From NCBI GenBank assembly GCA_963815765.1, contig CAWFID010000016.1, positions 5,686-69,685 on the forward strand: a DNA stretch of 64,000 nucleotides, given 5' to 3'. The notes under the pieces are model-generated. The model was not told where the DNA came from. It saw only the letters and a list, made by a program, of their open reading frames with translations, and made no database searches. The stretch comes from an uncultured Bacillaceae bacterium. Lineage in GTDB: Bacteria > Bacillota > Bacilli > Bacillales > Cytobacillaceae. Below, one piece after another: positions 41,489 through 50,879 of the stretch (its first letter is position 1; the number at the start of each line of letters is the position of its first letter). Both the position numbers and the translations under genes were made by a program.

Positions 41489-41517
41489 GGAAACAAGAGA
41501 ACCGTCCCTCTGTTTCC
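41489..41517. repeat. REP-like right-half copy
   Basis: GGAAACAAGAGAACCGTCCCTCTGTTTCC, directly before a TTGACA at 41520. Confidence 0.7.
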
Positions 41518-41757
41518 ACTTGACAGATAGTAGAATCGTATTGTAATATAATCAATAATATAAATGGGTATTGAATTTCTATGAATATACGATTTTTTTT
41601 AGCATATGGTTAAACATACTTAGTTGGGCTAGATGAAAAAAAGTAAGTCTATATTAGTAGGGATTCTTTACATGGTAAGTTGGAGAAATTCATCCTTCTT
41701 TTAATTAAATATTATAAGGTAGACTTGATAAAAGCCGAACAAGGGCTAGTAGATAGT

Positions 41758-41833
41758 AAACCGACAATTTTCTAAGTTTAATGGTCTTAAAGTGACGATT
41801 AAACGATTGAGATTGTCGGTTTTTTTGTTTTTT
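41758..41833 (+). promoter_or_regulatory. attenuator/terminator-like hairpin in the dabB leader
   Basis: AAACCGACAAT/ATTGTCGGTTT outer stem and GTTTAAT.GTC/GAC.ATTAAAC inner stem, then a U-tract, about 120 nt before dabB. Confidence 0.7.
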
Positions 41834-41951
41834 AAAAGAGAAAGATCGGGAAAGGAAGTTTCGAAATGAACTATATAGGATATTGTTCTTGCAGTCTTGA
41901 AATAGGTCAGATTCTTGATTTATTGCCTTTAAATCGAGGGGAGGGAGTACA

Positions 41952-43474
41952 TTGTTAGTTTCCTTGCCAATCATATTTTTAATCCTTCTTGCACTTTCAT
42001 TGTTTAGCTCAATGCTTTCTATTACATTCGAAGGTTTCATTAAACTATGTTCGTATTCACATTGGAGTCATAACGCTCCCTCCGATCGTAGCTCTGTTTG
42101 CCCTCATTTTTCATAATGACAGGATCATTTGGGGACCTTGGCATTTTCATTCCTTAACATGGCTTTTGGCTGTATTTGTTCTGACAATGGGTCTCATTGT
42201 GCAACGCTACTCTGTTCATTACTTATTGGGTGACCGCTCTTATCGTAAATATTTTTTTCTGCTCACCCTCACTACAAGTGCTTGCTCTCTTGCCTGGCTC
42301 AGTGATGATCTTCGTCTTCTGTTCATTTGTTGGGGAACCACACTTTTTGGGCTGATATTGATTATTATATTAAAAAAAGAATGGCAAATAGCTGTAAAAG
42401 CTGCTTCCCTTATGAGCAAATTGTTCACGATCAGTTGGCTTCTTTTACTATCAGCCATTCTGTGGGTGTCCCAAGCAACCGGACAATGGCAGTTATCACA
42501 GGCGATGACCCAAGAAAGTCTAACCGCTCTAGAATCGTGGGAAAGGACTTGTATCCAATTGCTGCTGATCCTATCAGTCGTGATCCCAGCAGCACAATGG
42601 CCTTTCCAACGTTGGTTATTAGAATCAGCAGTGGCTCCAACTCCTGTTTCAGCCGTTATGCATGCTGGAATTGTGAATGCGGGCGGCATTCTATTAACTC
42701 TTTTTGCACCACTATTTAACGGAGGTGGTCTAGCACAGATCATTTTGCTGGTACTTGTCGGGCATTTCCGTCTTATTGGGAACGGGAATTATGTTCGTCC
42801 ACGTAGACTATAAACGGCAATTGGTTGGGTCAACGATTGCGCAGATGGGGTTCATGTTGATTCAGTGTGCGTTAGGCGCCTATTCAGCGGCCATTATACA
42901 TGCTGTCTTCCATGGATTATTTAAATCGACTCTTTTCTTGCGAGCAGGATCTGCACTTCACCATGGTCAACCGTCAACGACGTTAAATAAATCCACTTCA
43001 TTATTCGGGACATTGTCTGGAATGGCTTTAGGGATCTTAGTAGCGATTGGTTATTGGTTAACCTCACCTGAGAGTGCTTACCAATTGATTAGTGCTATGA
43101 TCTTATGTGCTTCCGTTTCATTTGCTTGGAAACAACTTTTCATTTTTGGATACGGACGAATCGGACGGATATCAGGATTCATTCTATTTATAGCAGGAGC
43201 CATCATGTATGGTTTGATTCAATCCGGCTTTCACAGTCTGTTACATCAATCGATTGAGACGAATGTACAAACTCCAACATTTTCGATTATGGTCCTTTTG
43301 TTTATTTTGGTAGTCGGCAGTGCTACAGGTTTATGGTTAGCTCGAAATACATCTTTAAGAGCCTTTGAGATTCTTTATCTTTGGCTCGTGAAGATAGGGG
43401 AACCCAATCATGATCGGGTTGAAAGTCACCCCAAGTATTTAATCCAATCAATGTCACGTGGAGGTTATAAATGA
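41952..43474 (+). pseudogene. dabB: DabB/MpsA/NdhF (NADH dehydrogenase subunit 5-like) inorganic carbon transporter subunit; frameshifts at about 42015 and 42755
   Basis: AQWPFQRWLLESAVAPTPVSAVMHAG, KRQLVGSTIAQMGFMLIQC and HGLFKSTLFL motifs; TTG start after a GGGGAGGGAG RBS. Confidence 0.85.
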
Positions 43475-46101
43475 TGAATACTGTACTAACATTAACCGAT
43501 ACTTTAAATGATGAAAAAAAATTAAATGACCTTGATCTTAATGTGAAAGGCTTGGTGGAGGCGGCCAGCAAAGTCATCGTGCCGTTAGGGTCTATCACTG
43601 CCTTTGCTGCAAGACATCCATGGGTAAGCATGGAAGAACAGTCCTTTGAACAGGTTGCACGTTATCTAAAAGACATGTGTGATGTAGATATGTACCCAAG
43701 TAATTCCATGATAGAATCAGCTTGGGATCTAGGTGAGATTAAGGGTGAATTTCTAGAAATAGGACTGCAAAAGTGGCTTGATGATCAGAACCTAGAAATA
43801 CCACGCGATGTGGCAGAAACATACTGTAAAGCAGCGCTATGGGGGGAAAAACAATCCTCTGAAGCAGGATCTTTACCACAATTAAAACAATGGGCAAAGA
43901 AATTAAGTCGTTTCAAACCGAAAATGATTGAAAAACATATCGTGCAAACATACAGTCAGCTTCTTGAAAATCAAGGATACACGAGAGTTGCTCAAGATCT
44001 CAATTTCCATATGATCAAGTGGTGTAAACTATACTTAGATGAGTCTCAAGCTGCTTGGTCCATGCCAAATCGCGAAGAGGGTTTCTATCATACATGGAAG
44101 AGACTAGTTAAACATGATCCAGCACTCAAGCCATCACTACGCAAGAAACTAAGAAATGTACCGAATCAGGCGGATCGCGCTTTAAAGGAAGTCTTATTAG
44201 CATTCGGAATTCCTGAATCAGACCTGCAAGAATATTTGGAAGCTCATCTACTTGCCTTGCCAGGATGGGCAGGAAGGATGCTTTGGCGTTCAGAACAGGT
44301 TGCTGAGGACAAAACCTTGTTAATGGAATATTTAGCGGTTCGGCTTTCCATGGAGTGGGCTTTCATTACACCGTATTTGCCATTTTCACAGCAAAAAGTG
44401 GAGAATGAAGTACCTCTAGAGACGCTTATTGCTAATTGGGTTCATTGGGGGAAAACGCCAATTCACCAGTGGTCACAATTATCTTCAAGTGAAATGAAAG
44501 CTCGTTTAACACTTGCCTATCGTTTTGATCCGGTTCTTCGCCATCGACTTTGGCTGGAAGCATGGGAAAAAACATACGAGGATCATTTGAAAAAAATGAT
44601 TTCAGCCAATCCGCATCCTAAAGCAGAAAACAACAATCAGTCAGCATTGGCACAGTTTGTCTTTTGTATTGATGTACGATCAGAGCCTTTTCGTCGTAAA
44701 CTTGAAGCATCGGGTCCTTTTGAAACGTTTGGCACAGCTGGATTTTTCGGTTTGCCAATCAAAACGTGCAAGCTTGGTAGTGAACATGGTCATCCATCTT
44801 TGCCAGTGATGTTTAAACCGCAAATGGTGGTGAAGGAATTTTCAAGTGAATCCAAGCTGGAACAATATCAACAGAGAATGGGAGCGGTACATGCATCAAG
44901 TCGAACATTTAAAGGAATGAAACAACATGTCCTTACCAGTTTGTTGCTGCCGGAAGTGAGCGGTCCTTGGCTTACCCTCCAAACGTTAGCTCGAAGCTTT
45001 GTCCCGCAAAAAGCTGGATCTGCCACCCGTAAAGTACTGAAAAAATGGCTTAAGAAGCCTTCTACAGAACTCTCACTCGACCATAGCGATCATTCAGAAA
45101 CAGAGTTAACAGTTGGCTTTTCAGAAAAGGAAAAAGTGTACTACGTAAGACAGGCTTTGAAAATGATGGGGCTTGTCGAACATTTTTCTCCCATCGTAGT
45201 TATTTGCGGTCACGGTAGTCACAGTACGAATAATCCATATTCTTCTGCTCTTGACTGTGGTGCGTGTGGCGGGGCATCTAGCGAATTTAATGCACGAGTA
45301 CTAGCTGCTTTGTGTAATCTTCCACAAGTAAGGAAGGCACTTGTCATGGATGGAATTATGATTCCAAAAGAGACCGTTTTTATCGCTGCTGAACATGTGA
45401 CCACCACGGATGAATTGTGCCTAACCTATGTCCCGGAGCTTTCAGAGAGTGCTAGAGAAGCGTTTGATCAATTTCAAGCTGTATTGCCTAAAGTGAGAGA
45501 GGAAGCGAGCGCCGAACGGATGATGAAAATCCCTAATATTGGATATAAAGAAAAAAATCCGACCCTTGAGGCTGAGCGCTTTGCTGAAGATTGGAGCGAG
45601 GTAAGGCCGGAATGGGGTCTTGCCCGTAATGCTGCCTTTATTATTGGGGATCGGAAGCTTACGGAGGAGTGTAATTTGGAGGGAAGAGCTTTTCTCCACA
45701 ACTATGACTGGCATAAGGATAAAAGTGGTACGATCCTTGCCAATATTATCAAAGGGCCTGCAACCGTTACCCAATGGATTAACCTGCAATATTATGCTTC
45801 CACTGTTGCACCTCATTATTATGGAAGTGGGAATAAAACAACTCAAACCGTGACTTCCGGCATTGGTGTGATGCAGGGGAATTCCAGTGATTTATTATCA
45901 GGGCTTCCATGGCAATCTGTCATGAGTTCTGACGATGCTTTTTATCATAGTCCATTAAGATTATTGGTGTTGATCCAAGCACCCAAGGCGTATGTAGAAA
46001 AACTATTAAAGCAGGATGATGTCTTTCATCAAAAAGTTCAGAATGGTTGGATTCGTCTTGCGTCTATTGATGAGGAAGGTAACTGGGTAAGTTGGTCCTA
46101 A
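43471..46101 (+). CDS. dabA: DabA/MpsB/YbcC (DUF2309) beta-carbonic-anhydrase-like subunit
   Basis: Zn ligands FCIDVRSE, GHGS and LDCGACGG; DWSEVRPEWGLARN and WINLQYYAS motifs. Confidence 0.93.
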   Translation: MMNTVLTLTDTLNDEKKLNDLDLNVKGLVEAASKVIVPLGSITAFAARHPWVSMEEQSFEQVARYLKDMCDVDMYPSNSMIESAWDLGEIKGEFLEIGLQKWLDDQNLEIPRDVAETYCKAALWGEKQSSEAGSLPQLKQWAKKLSRFKPKMIEKHIVQTYSQLLENQGYTRVAQDLNFHMIKWCKLYLDESQAAWSMPNREEGFYHTWKRLVKHDPALKPSLRKKLRNVPNQADRALKEVLLAFGIPESDLQEYLEAHLLALPGWAGRMLWRSEQVAEDKTLLMEYLAVRLSMEWAFITPYLPFSQQKVENEVPLETLIANWVHWGKTPIHQWSQLSSSEMKARLTLAYRFDPVLRHRLWLEAWEKTYEDHLKKMISANPHPKAENNNQSALAQFVFCIDVRSEPFRRKLEASGPFETFGTAGFFGLPIKTCKLGSEHGHPSLPVMFKPQMVVKEFSSESKLEQYQQRMGAVHASSRTFKGMKQHVLTSLLLPEVSGPWLTLQTLARSFVPQKAGSATRKVLKKWLKKPSTELSLDHSDHSETELTVGFSEKEKVYYVRQALKMMGLVEHFSPIVVICGHGSHSTNNPYSSALDCGACGGASSEFNARVLAALCNLPQVRKALVMDGIMIPKETVFIAAEHVTTTDELCLTYVPELSESAREAFDQFQAVLPKVREEASAERMMKIPNIGYKEKNPTLEAERFAEDWSEVRPEWGLARNAAFIIGDRKLTEECNLEGRAFLHNYDWHKDKSGTILANIIKGPATVTQWINLQYYASTVAPHYYGSGNKTTQTVTSGIGVMQGNSSDLLSGLPWQSVMSSDDAFYHSPLRLLVLIQAPKAYVEKLLKQDDVFHQKVQNGWIRLASIDEEGNWVSWS

Positions 46102-46207
46102 CCACTTACCTAGTTTAACTAGTAAAATCTATAAATAAAGGGCAATCTTAATTAGAAAATAGTTTTAACGATTTATTTCATTTTTAATAAAAGAAGAAGG
46201 AAAGTGT

Positions 46208-46579
46208 ATGTCTATGGATAAAACAAAAGGAGCTATTGAAGCTGAAATTAGTAAAGCTTTTACGCATTGGGAGAAGAATTATCTTGGAAGAGGTTCAGTA
46301 TCTGTTAAGTCCGATATTTTAAGGGATATGATCATTGTGAGTCTACGCGGAATCTTAACTCCCGCTGAATATTCAGTCTGTAAAAGCAAAGAGGGGTTGT
46401 TATCCGTTAAAGAAAATCGAAAAAGCTTGGTGGAATCTGGTGTAGAAGAATTGAAGAAAATGATCTTCACCATAACCGGTTTTGAAGTCGTGAGTTTTCA
46501 CACCGATCTGAGCACAGTGTCAGGGGAACGAATTATGGTCTTTAAACTTTCGGGTGATTTACAACACGAATTAGAATAA
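46208..46579 (+). CDS. mpsC: DUF2294 / MpsC / YbcI family protein
   Basis: EKNYLGRG, LRGILTPAEY and FHTDLST..GER motifs. Confidence 0.85.
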   Translation: MSMDKTKGAIEAEISKAFTHWEKNYLGRGSVSVKSDILRDMIIVSLRGILTPAEYSVCKSKEGLLSVKENRKSLVESGVEELKKMIFTITGFEVVSFHTDLSTVSGERIMVFKLSGDLQHELE

Positions 46580-46656
46580 GAAGGCTGTTCAAACTGAAAT
46601 TACATTCATTTGTTCGTTAAAAAAGCATCAACGTAACGGTTCATGGGGGAGATTTT

Positions 46657-47043
46657 ATGTGTTTAATAAAGAATAAAAAAGTACTATTATTGGTGGAAAG
46701 GGACCAGGAAATTGATTATGAAGATATGAAACAAAGATATCATATTCTTCAAGAAGAGATGATCATTTTAGAAAGTGATGAACTAGATAGGGTCCAACCT
46801 TTCGGTGATTTAATGAGGGATATCCTTATATATGTATACAAAAAAAAGATCGAAGAAATATTTATTGTGAACACGAAAAGTGATAAAAAGAACTCGGAAG
46901 ATCTTCTCGGTATAAATGGAAACAACCTTCAGACATTCAATTATATTTTCACCCATTGCAAGCCACAATTTCCTGACAGAACATTAAAGGATTGGTTTGA
47001 AGGAAAGAATAAATTAATCGGATCATACAAAGAAAACGATTGA
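46657..47043 (+). CDS. YbcF-like degenerate beta-carbonic anhydrase (Zn ligands absent; 3' end possibly frameshifted)
   Basis: QPFGDLMRDILIYVY....EEIFIV resembles the beta-CA core. No CxD or HxxC ligands. Confidence 0.55.
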   Translation: MCLIKNKKVLLLVERDQEIDYEDMKQRYHILQEEMIILESDELDRVQPFGDLMRDILIYVYKKKIEEIFIVNTKSDKKNSEDLLGINGNNLQTFNYIFTHCKPQFPDRTLKDWFEGKNKLIGSYKEND

Positions 47044-47097
47044 ACTCATTCGATCTCATCCATTAATGCCACGATCGGTAAAAGTAATTGAAGTATA

Positions 47098-47124
47098 AAA
47101 CGCGGGGACGGTTCTTTTGTATCC
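47098..47124. repeat. REP-like left-half copy
   Basis: AAACGCGGGGACGGTTCTTTTGTATCC. Confidence 0.7.
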
Positions 47125-47256
47125 ATTGGTAAGTTACAGTAATGATTGTGGATGGTCACAGCGCATCGTAATCTAAAAACATTTGGATCTTTCCGAAGTT
47201 CTAGAGCTATGTGGGTCGAGGTTCCTTTGTGCCAAGAAAGAAGGGATAGAAAATAT

Positions 47257-47662
47257 ATGAGTAAATTTCTATATTGGTTTATACAATTAACTTGGGGTTT
47301 ACCTTTAAATATAGTAGGAGGAATCATAGACTGTTGTATTAATTTGCAAGGGAAACAAGCCTCAAAAATTTGGCTATGCTATTTATTTTGAGATGGGAGA
47401 GAATTGGGGCGGTGTCAATTTCGGTGGTTTCTTCTTTGTGCAGAAAAACGCAAGCGTGCCATTAAAACGCCACGAATACGGACACAGTTTTCAAAATATG
47501 ATGTTAGGCGTATTTATGCCTTTCTTGGTCAATATTCCATCTGCAATTAGGTACCATTATAGAAACTACAAAAAAGCACAAGGTCATTCCTTACAGGATT
47601 ATGATCGTTTTTGGTGTGAGGGATGGGCAACAAAATTAGGCAATAAATATTACAAGGGGTGA
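47257..47662 (+). pseudogene. small membrane protein with HEYGH zincin-like motif, frameshift at about 47330
   Basis: MSKFLYWFIQLTWGLP continues in the next frame with WGGVNFG...HEYGHSFQ...EGWA. Confidence 0.55.
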
Positions 47663-47686
47663 TGGTTTGTAAGTTAATAACAGAAA

Positions 47687-47739
47687 AGAACTGCCCCCGC
47701 AATTGTTAGACACAACTAACAATTACGGGGGGCAGTTCA
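47687..47739. mobile_element. minimal IS3-family-like end pair (MITE/scar), possibly serving as a terminator
   Basis: GAACTGCCCCCGCAATTGTTAG-ACACAA-CTAACAATTACGGGGGGCAGTTCA: inverted repeats ending in CA, with no transposase. Confidence 0.5.
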
Positions 47740-47807
47740 GATTGCTACTCTTTTTTTGAATAAAAGGGAAAACCCTGGGACGAGGACCTAGGACCCTTCC
47801 ATGAGCC

Positions 47808-48590
47808 TTAATATTTATAAGATTGACCACCGTCAATATTAATAACGGCTGCATTAACGAATGAAGCTTCACCTGATAATAGGAATGCCACTACGTTTGC
47901 TACTTCTTCTGGTCTACCAAAGCGTTTCGTAGGGTTTACGCTGACGAATGCTTTGCCTGCTTCTTCAGGATTTTCTGGATCAATTTGTCTTAATGATGCT
48001 TCTACCATTGGTGTCATAATAGCACCTGGAGCAATGGCATTTACAACGATACCGAATTCTCCATATTCAACAGCAGAGTTACGAGTTAAACCAACTACAC
48101 CATGTTTACTTGCAGAATACCCTGATTGATGGCCAACACCACGAGTACCCCCAACGGATGCAGTGTTTACAATCGAACCATAACCTTGTTCCTTCATTAC
48201 TTTTAATACATATTTCAAACCATAAAAGACACCGTTTAAATTGACACTCAATACTTTTGCAAACTCATCTACACCGAAGTCTTCTGTTAAATTTTGTTTC
48301 CCTTCAATACCAGCATTATTAAAGAAACCATCAATTTTACCAAAAGTCTCCACTGTTTTGTTTACATAATTTTGAACAGCTTGATCGTCAGCAACATTTG
48401 CAGTTATTAAGATGACTTCTGCGTTTGGTGCTACTTCTAACACTTTTGCCTTTGTTTCTTCTAGTCCTTTTTCATTTAAGTCAACTAATGATAATTTTGC
48501 TCCTTCTTTTGCGATTCTTATAGCGGTTTCTTGTCCTAATCCAGAACCTCCACCTGTAATGATCACAACTTTTTCTTCAAAACGATTCAT
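47808..48590 (-). CDS. SDR family oxidoreductase
   Basis: TGGGSGLG, NNAG and YSASK motifs. Confidence 0.92.
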   Translation of the reverse strand: MNRFEEKVVIITGGGSGLGQETAIRIAKEGAKLSLVDLNEKGLEETKAKVLEVAPNAEVILITANVADDQAVQNYVNKTVETFGKIDGFFNNAGIEGKQNLTEDFGVDEFAKVLSVNLNGVFYGLKYVLKVMKEQGYGSIVNTASVGGTRGVGHQSGYSASKHGVVGLTRNSAVEYGEFGIVVNAIAPGAIMTPMVEASLRQIDPENPEEAGKAFVSVNPTKRFGRPEEVANVVAFLLSGEASFVNAAVINIDGGQSYKY

Positions 48591-48716
48591 TATAAACATC
48601 TCCTTATATTGATTTTTTTCCTACTAACGCAGGTGTCATTTTGTTTTATTTTTGCAAATAGATATATATCGTCATTCTTTTTTTAAAGTAAAAGAGATAA
48701 TATATCGGATCTTTCT

Positions 48717-49457
48717 TTATAGATCTGAAATCATTCCGCCATCGACTACAAATTGTGAGCCTGTTGAATAGCTTGAATCATCAGATGCAAGATAGATGAC
48801 CAAATTTGACACTTCTTCTGTTTTCGCTCTTCTTCTTAATGGAATGTCTTGTTCAAGTTTTTTAATGAACTCAGCCACATCGCCTTGTTCGGCCATTGGA
48901 GATTCAATTACGCCAGGGTGAACTGAATTGACTCTGATTCCGTACTGACCAAGCTCAGCAGCAGCCCCTTTTGTCATACCAGTAACAGCGTGTTTTGCTG
49001 CACTATAGGCGATTGCAGTTGGCGCACTGACTAACCCGTCAACAGATGAAATATTTACAATAGAACCACCATTTGCTTTTTTCATCGAAGGTACAACTGT
49101 TTTCATTCCTAGGAATACGCCTAATTCATCGATTTCAAATGTTAATCTAAAATCTTTTTCTGTAAGCTCTTCTAATGGTTTGAAAATACCAACTCCAGCG
49201 TTGTTGACTAATACAGTGACAGGTCCGAATGTATCTTCTGTTTTTTCTACAACTTCTTTCCAATTGTCAGCATTTGAAACATCAAGTTTCAAAGCGATAG
49301 CATTTTCCCCTAATTCATCTGCTAAACTTTGTGCTGCTTCTAAATTAATATCTGTAATAACAACTTTTGCACCTTCTTCAACAAACTTGCGAGCATGCAT
49401 AGCTCCCATTCCTTGTGCGGCCCCAGTAATAATTGCTACTTTATTTTGTAATTTCAT
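48717..49457 (-). CDS. SDR family oxidoreductase (3-alpha/20-beta-HSD-like)
   Basis: TGAAQGMG, NNAG, YSAAK and VNSVHPG motifs. Confidence 0.92.
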   Translation of the reverse strand: MKLQNKVAIITGAAQGMGAMHARKFVEEGAKVVITDINLEAAQSLADELGENAIALKLDVSNADNWKEVVEKTEDTFGPVTVLVNNAGVGIFKPLEELTEKDFRLTFEIDELGVFLGMKTVVPSMKKANGGSIVNISSVDGLVSAPTAIAYSAAKHAVTGMTKGAAAELGQYGIRVNSVHPGVIESPMAEQGDVAEFIKKLEQDIPLRRRAKTEEVSNLVIYLASDDSSYSTGSQFVVDGGMISDL

Positions 49458-49754
49458 GATCTATTCCTCCCATTTCCTTTTTAAGTTCTCAAGTCATTAC
49501 TAGTGTCTGAAAACTTATGTTTCTCCAAGATTCCTCATAGAATAGAATAAGGATAAGTTTAATAACGCTTAATTAAAAAGTCTTTAATTCGAGATATTTG
49601 GTAAAAAATAATTCATTTAGTTTGTTTTTAATCAACGGGCAATCACAAACTGTTTGTGAAGTTTTTGTGAACTTTTTGTTTACAAGGTTTATATTAATAC
49701 CCTTTAATAATAAATGTCAACTTAAAAATTCTTGAATTAAAGATATTTTTGGAG

Positions 49755-49817
49755 TGAGGGAGACGGTTCTTCTGTAACTTTACTAAAAAGTTACAGAAGA
49801 ACCGTCCCTTTGTATCA
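49755..49817. repeat. REP-like palindrome, GTAAC/GTTAC subtype
   Basis: GACGGTTCTTCTGTAACTTT...AAAGTTACAGAAGAACCGTCCCTTTGTATCA. Confidence 0.9.
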
Positions 49818-49888
49818 AAAACTGTTACAATAAAAAGGTCAGTTTTTGTGGATTTATTTAATATCCAAGGAAGAAGGAGTTATGAAGA

Positions 49889-50818
49889 ATGCAACAGATG
49901 TCTGCATTAATTGAGAATTTATTTATATTTTTAGTCATCATTGTTATTGGATATGCGGTCGGGGCAACGAAGAAGGTGGGTCCAACCTTAAAGGCGGATT
50001 TAAGTTTTTTATTACTAAAGGTCACCTTGCCATTTATGATCATTGATGCTGTTGTGCAGCCATATAATGGAGCGTTGATTAAGCAGGGGCTATGGACCTT
50101 GGTTTTCTCCAGTATGGGCTTTCTTGTTTGCTGGATTGTTAGTTACCTATCAATGAGAATTCTGAAAGTGGAAGAAAAAAAACAAGGTGTTTGGCAGATG
50201 GCCGGTACTTTTTCAAATATCGGTTATATGGGTTTTCCAGTCATAGGTGCTATGTTTGGGGCGAACGGGCTGTTCCTGGCGACCTTTGCCAATATTGCCT
50301 ATAACTTATTTTATTTTTCGATTGGCGTTGTCATGATTTCCGGTGGAAAAAGGAAGGCCGATTTTAATTGGCGCAGTGTGTTGTTTAATAATGTTATGCT
50401 TGCTCTATACGTGGGATTGATTTTTTATTTTTCTAGAATTGAATTTCCTAGCTTCATATCTGGGACGTTTTCAACGGTCGGAGGTATGACTGGGCCACTG
50501 TCAATGCTCATTATCGGGTTAAAACTGAGTGATTATCCTTTGAAGGAACTCTTCAATAATCTTTCCCAATATCAATTGTCGTTTGTGCGTTTGATTGCCG
50601 CACCATTAATGGTCGTCCTTCTATTAAAACTGTTGCCGAATGAGGGCAACGAACTAATGATTGCTGTGCTGGCCATTTTAAATGCGATGCCTATTGCAGG
50701 AAACACAACGATTATGGCCGTCCAATATGACGGGGATGCTGAGTTTGCCGCTAAAAGCACGACCTTGTCATCCATTCTGTGTTTGGTCACCACTCCGATT
50801 ATATTTATGTTGGTATAA
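49889..50818 (+). CDS. AEC (auxin efflux carrier/malate permease) family transporter
   Basis: VTLPFMI, FSNIGYMGFPV, GPLSMLIIG and AMPIA motifs. Confidence 0.88.
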   Translation: MQQMSALIENLFIFLVIIVIGYAVGATKKVGPTLKADLSFLLLKVTLPFMIIDAVVQPYNGALIKQGLWTLVFSSMGFLVCWIVSYLSMRILKVEEKKQGVWQMAGTFSNIGYMGFPVIGAMFGANGLFLATFANIAYNLFYFSIGVVMISGGKRKADFNWRSVLFNNVMLALYVGLIFYFSRIEFPSFISGTFSTVGGMTGPLSMLIIGLKLSDYPLKELFNNLSQYQLSFVRLIAAPLMVVLLLKLLPNEGNELMIAVLAILNAMPIAGNTTIMAVQYDGDAEFAAKSTTLSSILCLVTTPIIFMLV

Positions 50819-50820
50819 AA

Positions 50821-50879
50821 AAACGAGGGGACGGTTCTTCTGTAACTAAAAGTTACAGAAGAACCGTCCCTTTGTATCA
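50821..50879. repeat. REP-like palindrome, GTAAC/GTTAC subtype
   Basis: AAACGAGGGGACGGTTCTTCTGTAACTAAAAGTTACAGAAGAACCGTCCCTTTGTATCA; overlaps the stop of the convergent MFS gene. Confidence 0.9.

Noticed and set aside
41705-42040. 111-aa minus-strand ORF, and similar short antisense ORFs throughout the track
   Set aside because: These are shadow ORFs opposite real genes or leaders, with no RBS or family motifs.
41952-43474. Respiratory complex I subunit NuoL
   Set aside because: No other nuo genes are present, and pairing with DUF2309 identifies it as DabB/MpsA.
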